The notes under the pieces: generated by a model | What the model was told of the DNA's origin: nothing | Database searches by the model: none | Seen by the model: the letters and a program-made list of their open reading frames with translations, nothing else | DNA from: a virus | Length of the DNA stretch: 64,000 nucleotides | Direction: 5' to 3' (one strand) | Virus record (IMG/VR): IMGVR_UViG_3300033485_000001 | Location: 32,001 to 96,000 of that record | Shown: positions 22,284-31,181 of the stretch, one piece after another | How the letters are laid out: each line of letters starts with the position of its first letter | Numbering within the stretch: the stretch's first letter is position 1 | Program-made: the position numbers and the translations under genes

Positions 22284-25200
22284 ATGGTGATGTCGTCTCA
22301 TCAGATCGGCGCCATGGCCATGCAGCAGCAGGCCATGTTCGGCAACTTCCAGTCCTACGCCCAGCAGATCACCCCTCCCTACGGCGCCGGTCCTGGGATG
22401 GGAGCCATCCGACCTCCAGCTATGGGCGGGTACCATACCGGGTCTCCTCCGATGATGTCGCCGCCCCCGCCACCGATGCCGGGCTGGAACCCAGGCTATG
22501 GAGGTGGAGTCGCCAGCATGGCGATGGGGGCGATGTACAACCCCAACGCCGGATTCCAGGGGGCGATGGGGGAGCAGATGGCCGGCTCCTTCCTGGGCGG
22601 ACTCTCTACGGTCGGATCCGGAGCAGCGCGCATCGCTGGCTACGGCACCATGGCCGCTGGTGGCTTGAGCATGCTCGGCGTCGGCGGCGTGGGAATGGCG
22701 GCTCTCGGAGGCATACCCGGAATGCTTGGGGTCGGAGCCCTCGAGGCGGGGGCCTACGGAGCGCAGCAGCTCTACAGCGGGTTCCAGGAGCGCCAGGGGA
22801 TCAACCGCGTCCTCCGTCAACGCTTCGGCGGCATGATGGGCATCGGGGGCGGCAGGGGAGGAACCGGCTTCAACACGCAGGAGATGGGGCAGATCTCCAC
22901 GATGGTTCGTGGCATGGCCAACGAGGACATGTACACGAGCTTCGACGAGCTCACGCGGCTCATGGATCGGACGGCCCAGATGGGCCAGTTCCGTGGAGTC
23001 CAGAACGCCAGGGACTTCCAGACCAAGTTCCGTCAGGTCGTGGGCAACCTGCGAGAGATCGCGCAGGTGATGAACACCTCTCTCGAGGGCGCCACCCAGT
23101 TCATGGAGCAGATGCGCAACCAGGGCGTGTTCAGCGGACAGGACATCTCCGCCACGCTGGCGAGGACCAGGTTGGCTGCTGGAGCCTCCGGCATGTCACT
23201 GGATCAGATCATGGCGATCCGGGGTCAGGGCACCCAGATGGGTCGCATGATGGGGATGCGTGGTCGCCAGGGTGCCAACGCCATGATGAACATGGCGACC
23301 AACATCGGCGTTGGGATGCAGACCGGCGCCATCAGCGACGAGCTGATCGCAGAAGCAACTGGTGGCCTCCAGGGTGCAGAGGGCGCGCAGGCCGCCGCCG
23401 GGATGCTGATGCAGTCCAACGCCCGCTGGATGCGTCGTGGCGCTGGGCGTGTGATGCTCGCTGGCCTGTGGGATCCCAGCACGGGCGGGATCAACATGGA
23501 GCGCCTCCAGCAGGCGATGGGCGGCGGGACGAGCTTCCAGCAGATCAGGACGATGGGCCGCGCCAACGTCGCAGCTACGGGAGGCCGCAGCTCCGAGTTC
23601 TTCGCGAACGAAGAGCGCATCGCGGGAGCTCTTCAGGAAACTGGACTCGCCGGCGCTGTCCAGTTCGGGATGCTCGAGCAGCACATCCAGCGAGCTCGCG
23701 GCATCGGTGGAGACGACCCGTTGGGGGAGCGATTCATCCGGCGGCACACCGGATGGGATCAGGCCCAGTTCGAGCTTCAGCGGGAGATGTACCGGAACAT
23801 GCCGCAGACGCTCGAGAACCGTCGTCTGCGAGAAGCTCAGGGGATGGAAACCATGGCCCGCACCCGTTCCATGGAGGGTCGCGGCATGGCTGGGGCGCAG
23901 AGGCGTCTACAGCATTGGTGGGAGACGGGGGTCTCGAATCCGATCAGGCAAGCTGGTGATGATCTGGTCACCTCGTTCACCACTGGTGTGGATGAGCTGT
24001 TCGCTCAGATGGAAGGCACGGTCAAGACAGCAGTCTCCGAGCGCACCAAGAGCATGTTGGCGGAGTACGCAGAGACCGGGAAGCGTGGCCGAGACCTCAT
24101 GAGCTTCCAGCGGTTCCAAGAGCTTCGGAGCGGACTCAGAACCGGGAGGAGCAACGAGGGCGGCTTCATCGGTGATATCGGCCGATGGGCAGGACTCCGT
24201 CCAGAGACGATCGCCAAGCAGCTTTCCGGTATCAACGCCTACGGCTCCAGCATGGGTCTGAAGGCGGGGGCTTCTCAGCGTGAGCAGGTGGACTTCCTCA
24301 ACAGGTTCAACGAAGAGCTCGGCATGACCGGGGCGGACTTCGGGTTCAGCGGCAAGGAGGTCACCGTCGCAGGGGAGCGGGCACGGCAGATCCTCATGAG
24401 TAAGATCGGGACTGCTGGTGATGCGTTCCAGGAGTTTTCCAGGAGCCGCGCTCGATTCGGCACCATGACCGGGAACGAGAAGGAAGCGTTCATCATGCAA
24501 CGCTTCAGCATGTACCAGCGCGACTCTGCCCTTGCTCCCATGCTGTCCAAGGCCAGGACTCAGGGCCAGAAGTACGCGATGGTTCGCATGTTGGACGAGG
24601 GGGCTTTCGGCGCAGGCAGCGACATCGCAGTCCCAGTGCGTGACCTGGGCGCCGGGAGAAACTACGAGCAGCTCCAGTCCGATCTCGCGGCGGCCAAGGA
24701 GAACGAGGCCGACGTCGTCAGGCGACTTGCTGGCGGTCTCGTCGGGGACTACGGCAAGGACTGGGTCTGGCAAGAGACCACGGAGAGCGCCGGCGGATTC
24801 ATGGGCTCACTCGGTTTTAGGAAGGCCAGCGGCAAATACCGCAAGGTCGGCGGTAGGGAGCTGCGACAGCTCAGGGAGCGGGCTCGTGAGGAGGGCGGTC
24901 CTGGAGCAGCAGAGCTGGAGCGTACCGAGACGAAGGAAGCCCTCACGGGTCGGTACATCAGCGGTCTGACGGAAGCCATGAAGAGCGAGCGCGTCCGTCA
25001 GCTGCTGATCGATGCAGCCAACGGAGATACGGGCGCAATCCGCGATCTTCAGAACATCTCGTTGAGCAAGGAAGCCTCTGCGACAGAGGGTATCAAGAAC
25101 AGGAAGGCACTCCAGGAGCTGACGCAGAAGCTGTCAGACGAGGGCCGTGAGGGTACCACCGCAGCTACGATCAAGGAGTTGAGCGAGGCAGGGAACCTCA

Positions 25201-26084
25201 CCCAGATGATCGCTGTGCAAGAGCGTGTGATGGAGAACGGTCGCGCGCTCGGTAGATCACTGCGGAACAACCAGGCCCTCGGCGAGGCGGCAAGAGCGGC
25301 CCCTGGGGCTATGGAAGCCTTGCAGGCCATCTCCGATGCTCAGACGTCTGGTAACTGGGAGGAGGCGAACTCGCTTCGTCAGAAGTTCTTCTCGACGTTC
25401 GTTGGCAAAGAGGGAACCGAGCAACTGGCTGGTGCTCTGGCTGCTGATCCTTCAGGTGCCGCACTTGGAGTCGGGTTGCAGCGAGCAGCTCGCATGGAGC
25501 GAGAGCTGACTGGTCGTCGGGGCGGAGACGCCGCGATGAGGGGCATGCTGGGGGAGGCCGGACTGGACGCCTCGGCGTTCGGCGGAGAAGCCTTCCAGAA
25601 GCTCGGGAGCTCCCAGCGTCGAAGGATGCAGGCCCTGATGTCGAAGCTGAAGGCCGGGCAGATGACGCCCGAGCAGCTTCAGCAGTACTTCACCGAAGAG
25701 GCTCGTGGTCAGGTCGGCGCGATGGGCCTCGGCAGGTTCGGACGAGAGATCAGCCCGTGGCTCAAGGCGATGCAGGACGGTCTCACCCCCGAAGAGGCGA
25801 GGAATCTTGCCATTGGCGAGGGTGCGGAGACAGCGGAGCGCGGTGCCACAGCGGGCGCTCCGGAGACACGTCAGACCCTGGCGGAGAAGCAGGTCGACAT
25901 CCTGACGCAGATGTTGAAGCTCCAGCTCGTACAGGCGCAGCGTGAGCCAGGACTGCTTGCCGACCAGGCGGCAGAGATCGCTCGCAACCTGAAGATCAAC
26001 GTCAACCTTACCACTGCTCCTGGTGGGAACTCAGTTCTGGCGCCCGAAGGTCAGCAGGGTGCTGGTACGGTGCTTGAGGACTAG
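22284..26084 (+). CDS. Tail tape measure protein
   Basis: 1266 aa, A/G/Q/M-rich helical; Gly-rich hydrophobic segments; ELTRLMDRTAQMG...LREIAQVMNTSLE tape-measure-like region; precedes baseplate genes. Confidence 0.88.
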   Translation: MVMSSHQIGAMAMQQQAMFGNFQSYAQQITPPYGAGPGMGAIRPPAMGGYHTGSPPMMSPPPPPMPGWNPGYGGGVASMAMGAMYNPNAGFQGAMGEQMAGSFLGGLSTVGSGAARIAGYGTMAAGGLSMLGVGGVGMAALGGIPGMLGVGALEAGAYGAQQLYSGFQERQGINRVLRQRFGGMMGIGGGRGGTGFNTQEMGQISTMVRGMANEDMYTSFDELTRLMDRTAQMGQFRGVQNARDFQTKFRQVVGNLREIAQVMNTSLEGATQFMEQMRNQGVFSGQDISATLARTRLAAGASGMSLDQIMAIRGQGTQMGRMMGMRGRQGANAMMNMATNIGVGMQTGAISDELIAEATGGLQGAEGAQAAAGMLMQSNARWMRRGAGRVMLAGLWDPSTGGINMERLQQAMGGGTSFQQIRTMGRANVAATGGRSSEFFANEERIAGALQETGLAGAVQFGMLEQHIQRARGIGGDDPLGERFIRRHTGWDQAQFELQREMYRNMPQTLENRRLREAQGMETMARTRSMEGRGMAGAQRRLQHWWETGVSNPIRQAGDDLVTSFTTGVDELFAQMEGTVKTAVSERTKSMLAEYAETGKRGRDLMSFQRFQELRSGLRTGRSNEGGFIGDIGRWAGLRPETIAKQLSGINAYGSSMGLKAGASQREQVDFLNRFNEELGMTGADFGFSGKEVTVAGERARQILMSKIGTAGDAFQEFSRSRARFGTMTGNEKEAFIMQRFSMYQRDSALAPMLSKARTQGQKYAMVRMLDEGAFGAGSDIAVPVRDLGAGRNYEQLQSDLAAAKENEADVVRRLAGGLVGDYGKDWVWQETTESAGGFMGSLGFRKASGKYRKVGGRELRQLRERAREEGGPGAAELERTETKEALTGRYISGLTEAMKSERVRQLLIDAANGDTGAIRDLQNISLSKEASATEGIKNRKALQELTQKLSDEGREGTTAATIKELSEAGNLTQMIAVQERVMENGRALGRSLRNNQALGEAARAAPGAMEALQAISDAQTSGNWEEANSLRQKFFSTFVGKEGTEQLAGALAADPSGAALGVGLQRAARMERELTGRRGGDAAMRGMLGEAGLDASAFGGEAFQKLGSSQRRRMQALMSKLKAGQMTPEQLQQYFTEEARGQVGAMGLGRFGREISPWLKAMQDGLTPEEARNLAIGEGAETAERGATAGAPETRQTLAEKQVDILTQMLKLQLVQAQREPGLLADQAAEIARNLKINVNLTTAPGGNSVLAPEGQQGAGTVLED

Positions 26085-26092
26085 GTGATCAG

Positions 26093-26380
26093 ATGACGAC
26101 CTACGGCGAGTTCGGAGGCAAGGTCACTCCACCCGTCCCAACGACGGACGGTCCGGATTCGGACTACAGGCGCGAGAAGGTCATCACCACTGTGGTGGGC
26201 GGTCAGCGTGTCACGCTGATCATCCGAGACACCATCGTCCCCGAGGATCCGTACCTGAACATGGTCCGTGCTGCGGCATTCGTGTACATGAGCTCCGCAG
26301 GACCGGCGAAGAGGTTTCCCGTTCCTCCAGTCGGACGGCTGCTCAAGGATGCTCTGATCAAGACGGACATCGTGATCTAG
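26093..26380 (+). CDS. Hypothetical protein
   Basis: AGGTG SD; 95 aa in the tail operon. Confidence 0.7.
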   Translation: MTTYGEFGGKVTPPVPTTDGPDSDYRREKVITTVVGGQRVTLIIRDTIVPEDPYLNMVRAAAFVYMSSAGPAKRFPVPPVGRLLKDALIKTDIVI

Positions 26381-26389
26381 GAGTTCGAC

Positions 26390-27715
26390 ATGGCGGTATT
26401 CATCGAGGCAAGGACCGACCCGTTCGTCGAGAGGCGTGAAGCGACGGCGCGGGACATCCGCGCCCACGGTCGTGGCCAGTTCGCGGGTCGCAGACCCTCC
26501 AGGGGGTACCAGCTCAAGGAGGACACCTTCGCCGTCATCCGGGTGATGGGTCCAGACGGGCAGTTCATGTCCGTCATCGACGCTGCGGGCGAGGAGTACT
26601 CGACGGAGACCAACACCGGCGTTACGACGCAGTACTCCAACTTCTTCATCCAGTCGATCTCGGAGCAGCGCCAAGAGAAGCAGCAGATCGTGGAGACCTT
26701 CGGCGACTCCTGGATCTTCTTCTTCGGAGAGGCACCTCGGCTGCTTCAGGTCAGCGGCTACCTGCTCAACACCGCCGACTTCAACTGGCGTGCCGAGTTT
26801 TGGGAGAACTACGACCGCTACTTCCGAGGCACCCGCCTCGTCGAGCTCGGGGCGCGGCTGTACCTCATGTACGATGACATCATCGTCGAGGGCTACATGA
26901 TCGGGGCCTCCGCACAGGAGGGGGCGGATCCGATGCCGGCGGTGCTTCAGTTCAGCTTCCAGATGTTCGTCACGGGCTACACCAACGTCTCGAGACTCGG
27001 AGACCCGGACTTCCCAGCGCCGACGGACATGGACTATGCCCAGCTCTCGAGCTACGACCAGGCGATCCAGAACTGGCAGCAGGGCAGGAATCTCCAGAGG
27101 GAGCTGTCTTCGCAGGCTGTCATCGAGGCGAACAGGAAGGGCTACCAGCAGGGCGTCGGCAAGCTCATGGCGGACACGCTTCAAGCGAACCTCATCGACG
27201 CGGGAGATCCTTCCATCTCCGCGTTCATCGCAAGGGCCTACCTGGCGACGAGAGCGATCGCCAACGCCGCCCAGATGTCCAGGCAGGAGGCATCGGGGAA
27301 CGGGCTGCGACCCAACCCCTTCGCCCCAGAAGGCGAGCGAGAGACCGCACTTCGGCAGCAGTTCACCCACAACATCGACGAGTACATCGGCACACCGGAC
27401 GATCGCACGTCAACTGATCTGGCGAACCCACTCTCCATGGCGGAACGCTGGCTCGAGATGGACCGCACCGTGGATAACGGGCTCGACAACATGCTCTCGG
27501 GCGGCGCCGACTCGGGGGGCACCGAGTTCTGGGACGTGATGGGCCGCGCCGGAAGGGCGCAGCAGGAGATCGTCGGGAGCGGCGGTACGCGGCTCATGAG
27601 TCAGAACATCAATCGCGGCATGTTGATTGGTTCTGCGAGCCAGAGCGGCAATCAGGCGGCCATGGCGAGGTCGGTACCCTTCGGCATGTCGATCCTCTCA
27701 GGGGAGATGCTGTAG
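26390..27715 (+). CDS. Putative tail tube initiator / baseplate protein
   Basis: NFFIQSISEQRQEKQQIVETFG..IFFFGEAPRLLQVSG tube-fold-like pattern; position after tape measure. Confidence 0.6.
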   Translation: MAVFIEARTDPFVERREATARDIRAHGRGQFAGRRPSRGYQLKEDTFAVIRVMGPDGQFMSVIDAAGEEYSTETNTGVTTQYSNFFIQSISEQRQEKQQIVETFGDSWIFFFGEAPRLLQVSGYLLNTADFNWRAEFWENYDRYFRGTRLVELGARLYLMYDDIIVEGYMIGASAQEGADPMPAVLQFSFQMFVTGYTNVSRLGDPDFPAPTDMDYAQLSSYDQAIQNWQQGRNLQRELSSQAVIEANRKGYQQGVGKLMADTLQANLIDAGDPSISAFIARAYLATRAIANAAQMSRQEASGNGLRPNPFAPEGERETALRQQFTHNIDEYIGTPDDRTSTDLANPLSMAERWLEMDRTVDNGLDNMLSGGADSGGTEFWDVMGRAGRAQQEIVGSGGTRLMSQNINRGMLIGSASQSGNQAAMARSVPFGMSILSGEML

Positions 27716-30700
27716 ATGCCGACCGCGCAACACCTTCGCCTCCGGTGCTTCCTGGAGGGGATCGAGGTCCCAATCGTCTCGGCCGCGCTCTCTATCCAAC
27801 CTGACGCACCGGCTCAGTGCCAGATCCAGATCCCCGCCACCGATAGGGGACACGATCTTCTGCCGAGGACCCTGGTCCACGTCTTCTACTACGACTACCA
27901 CGACGGTCCTGGGGACACCCTAACTGTTCGTGTCGGAGATGAAGATCAGGTTGTCACCTCCGATGCGCAGGCGGAAGCGCGGGAGGAGGCAGCGCAGGCC
28001 GCCAGCGTCTCGACTGAGGAGGGGTCTACGGATCCCACCACGACGGGATCGGTGGCCAGCAGGCCGGCGTTCGACACGTTCTTCTACAAGCAGTCGGGGC
28101 AGCCTGAGCTGATGCCCAGCCCCTTCAACGAGACAGCAACCCTTCCGTCTGAGGGAGCGTCTTCTTCATCTGCGGCAAGGATCGAGTCGTCGCAGGTCAG
28201 GCAGGATGAGAGCGAGGATCCACTCAGGGACGAGCCCGACAACGATCAGAAGTGGCGGCTGTTCTTCTGCGGTGAGGTGATCGGATACCAGTTCGTGAAG
28301 AGCTCCAACAGTCGGGGTCTGATCCTGGACTGTTTGGACCTCTCCGTCTACTGGGACACCTGCTACCAGTACAAGGTCAACGTGGCCTCGCTCACGGGCA
28401 ACGGCGTCGCCAACTTCGTCGGAGCAGGAACCACCCTCTTCGACGTGTTCTTCCAGAGCTCCACCAGCACGATCGTGGACGTGGTCAGCCGTCGCTCGTT
28501 CAGCAGGCCCGATCTGACCGGACTCCTTTCTGGTGTGGTTCACCTGCTCGAGCGTGTGGGTGGCGTCTACACGAGCAGGAGCCGTGGCTTCCGGGGCGTG
28601 AACGACTTCTTCTCCATCGCGGAGCTGCGCCTGCATCTGGTGGACATGATCTGCGCCTCGGAGAACGACGACTCCTCGCGGCTGATGTTCGCGCGTAGAG
28701 CCTTCAACTCCTGGACCCGTCGAGAGGGTGGACAGCTCGGTGAGATCGCCAGCTTCAGGGAGATCCTCGGTCTCCTCAACCGCTACATCTTCCACAACGT
28801 GATCCCGTGTCCGATCGCCAAGTTCGAGCCGCCCTCGAGGTGGGCTACGACGAGGAACACGAGGGTCCGCTACAACGTCGCCGACACGCCGCGCGGCAGA
28901 TCCATCCTCGAGCGAGCCACCTCAATCCGATCCTCTATGGTTCAGACACGGAATCTGTACGAGATGCTCAACGCAGAGACTCGAACAACGGGGGCTGTCA
29001 GAACCATGTTCAACCGCCTGGCCACGCACGCGAATACTCTTCGTGAGCTGGCTTCGGATTTCCAGCGTGCAGGAGCCGGATCAGCTGCTACGAGTACGCT
29101 GTCATCGAGGCAGAAAGCTCAGGAGGCTTCATCTCGTCTGGTCAACAACCCCGGAGACGACTCGCTCATCCACAGAATCACCGACGAGATGATCGAGGAT
29201 CTGGACGATGCCATCGCCGACTTCCAGGGCAGGGAAGGAACACGGAGCCAGAGTCGTACAACGAGGCACGAGACTCCGGCGCGAGTGAACTCGCAGATCC
29301 TGCGGCCTGACATCTTCATGGTCGCCCCTCCGCGCTGCAACGTGATCTTCCCAGAGCTGTACGGTCAGATGCAGTTCTCGAGGCAGTTCCTCCGTGAGGT
29401 GAGCCGGATGCGCCTCACGGTGTCCGACGAGATCTTCGGTCCGGACTCGCTGCTGGACAACCAGTACTACGCCCCCGACATCGAGGTGTTGGGACAGCGA
29501 CTGCGACAGGGAGACAGGTCTGCTGGCGAGAGAGCCGAGGGTGCGACGCTTCAGCAGGCTGCGTACAGCTGCCGCCTCATGGATCACGAGCTCTTCACCG
29601 GCGTCGTTCCGGTCTTCGAGCGCATGAACGAGGTGAACATCTACGCGGCGAGGGCACAGATGGTGACCAGGCGTGGAGCCTCGGTTCCCTACGCGATGAG
29701 GGCAGCGCACTTCCAGTTCTTCAAGAACCGCATGTCACCCAGGTCCATGTCGGTTTCGGGGAAGTTCAACCCGTACATCGCGCCTGGATTCCCTGCGCTG
29801 GTGATCGACAGGTACATGACCAAGGAGGGCATCGAGCTGTCCAACCTTCGCGGGCTGGACCTGCTCGGCGAGTCGCTATCGCGTGGATGGGCCAGGGTCA
29901 TCGAGGAGCGAGATCAGCAGCCCTATCTCGAGGTCAGCGACGACTTCGCTCCGATCGATGTGTGGCTCGCGCTTCGGGAGACAGTCCCGACGCAGTTCGT
30001 TGGGCTCTTGATGGCGGTGCAGCACACCGTCTCCCAGGGGATGGCCGGCACCTCCTACACGCTCACGACGGCGAGGACGCATCGAGAGAAGGACGAGCTG
30101 CTCGGATCCAACATCGTGCAGGTGGCGAGGAGGCAGGCCAGTCAGGCTACGAAGACCATCACCGTGGCGGCGCAGGAAGGCGACCCGCCGCAGGTCGGCC
30201 AGCTTGGTCCGTACTACGGTCTGATCACGCGGGTGGAGCAGGTGGAGCGGACTGGGGACTTCCACCTCTTCGGGACGTTCGGAGCAGATCGCCCGAGGCG
30301 GCAGCGCGTGCTCGTTCCGGTGGGCATCACGCAGCCGGCTCGCAGCTACGGCCCCGAGGTCGTGGGGATGGTGGGGAGTCGTGACACCGAGGTCACGTTC
30401 CGCGCCTATCAGATCACCGAGGAAGTGGACAGGTGGCGTGGTCAGCGTGTCGAGGTCCCCATGGAGGACTTCCTTCGCCCGCCTTGGATGAGCGAGGTCT
30501 GGGCCGGCGACCGCATCGGTGGCGTGTACCAGCAGTTCTTCGGGACTGGGGCCATCACCGACCCGATCGTCATCGACACCGGGACAGAGCGGGAGATTCC
30601 GGTTGAGGACCAGGAAGAGCGAGACGCTGAGACAGAGTCGAGGAACTACACGATCCAGGACCCCGTCAGGGCGGACGGGACGACCAACCAGTCGGCGGAC

Positions 30701-31153
30701 ATGGACATCACCGTCGAGCGAGCCATCGACCTGCTCGTGAAGTCCTACAGCGAGATCAGGCATGCCGGTCTCGACGTCCACGAGTTCATCCGGGCGTTCA
30801 TCTGGCGACCCGTCGCTACCATCGACGAGATGCTTGGTTCGCGCGACCTTGTAATCGATCCCTCGACGGGCCAGGCCACTTCAGGTATCGAGGGGTTCCA
30901 CAGCCGCGCCTTCGGCCGTGGTGAGATGGGCCGCAACCTGCGGAACCTGGTCCCGGAGAACATGACCGGGACGAGCGCGGAAGATCAAGAAGAGGACGAC
31001 TACAGCATCGCCGGCCGCATCCTCGGCATCGGTACGGGCGAGGGCGAAGACCGGAGGAATCTACTCACCAGGCTGGACAAGCGATCCGAGAAAGGCGAAG
31101 CCGTGATGGCCTACGTCCAGGAGCTCTGGGCGAACCGTGGTCTGCTTGGTTGA
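27716..31153 (+). CDS. Putative baseplate hub (gp27-like) protein
   Basis: N-terminal LRCFLEGIEVPIVSAAL...CQIQIP; SMSVSGKFNPYIAPGFPALV; 1145 aa. Confidence 0.6.
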   Translation: MPTAQHLRLRCFLEGIEVPIVSAALSIQPDAPAQCQIQIPATDRGHDLLPRTLVHVFYYDYHDGPGDTLTVRVGDEDQVVTSDAQAEAREEAAQAASVSTEEGSTDPTTTGSVASRPAFDTFFYKQSGQPELMPSPFNETATLPSEGASSSSAARIESSQVRQDESEDPLRDEPDNDQKWRLFFCGEVIGYQFVKSSNSRGLILDCLDLSVYWDTCYQYKVNVASLTGNGVANFVGAGTTLFDVFFQSSTSTIVDVVSRRSFSRPDLTGLLSGVVHLLERVGGVYTSRSRGFRGVNDFFSIAELRLHLVDMICASENDDSSRLMFARRAFNSWTRREGGQLGEIASFREILGLLNRYIFHNVIPCPIAKFEPPSRWATTRNTRVRYNVADTPRGRSILERATSIRSSMVQTRNLYEMLNAETRTTGAVRTMFNRLATHANTLRELASDFQRAGAGSAATSTLSSRQKAQEASSRLVNNPGDDSLIHRITDEMIEDLDDAIADFQGREGTRSQSRTTRHETPARVNSQILRPDIFMVAPPRCNVIFPELYGQMQFSRQFLREVSRMRLTVSDEIFGPDSLLDNQYYAPDIEVLGQRLRQGDRSAGERAEGATLQQAAYSCRLMDHELFTGVVPVFERMNEVNIYAARAQMVTRRGASVPYAMRAAHFQFFKNRMSPRSMSVSGKFNPYIAPGFPALVIDRYMTKEGIELSNLRGLDLLGESLSRGWARVIEERDQQPYLEVSDDFAPIDVWLALRETVPTQFVGLLMAVQHTVSQGMAGTSYTLTTARTHREKDELLGSNIVQVARRQASQATKTITVAAQEGDPPQVGQLGPYYGLITRVEQVERTGDFHLFGTFGADRPRRQRVLVPVGITQPARSYGPEVVGMVGSRDTEVTFRAYQITEEVDRWRGQRVEVPMEDFLRPPWMSEVWAGDRIGGVYQQFFGTGAITDPIVIDTGTEREIPVEDQEERDAETESRNYTIQDPVRADGTTNQSADMDITVERAIDLLVKSYSEIRHAGLDVHEFIRAFIWRPVATIDEMLGSRDLVIDPSTGQATSGIEGFHSRAFGRGEMGRNLRNLVPENMTGTSAEDQEEDDYSIAGRILGIGTGEGEDRRNLLTRLDKRSEKGEAVMAYVQELWANRGLLG

Positions 31154-31174
31154 GCTGTAACGGGGCGGTATCAT
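31146..31174 (+). promoter_or_regulatory. Sigma70-like promoter TTGGTT-N17-TATCAT
   Basis: -10 ends 7 nt before ATG 31182, so the mRNA is predicted leaderless. Confidence 0.5.
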
Positions 31175-31181
31175 GGGTGCG

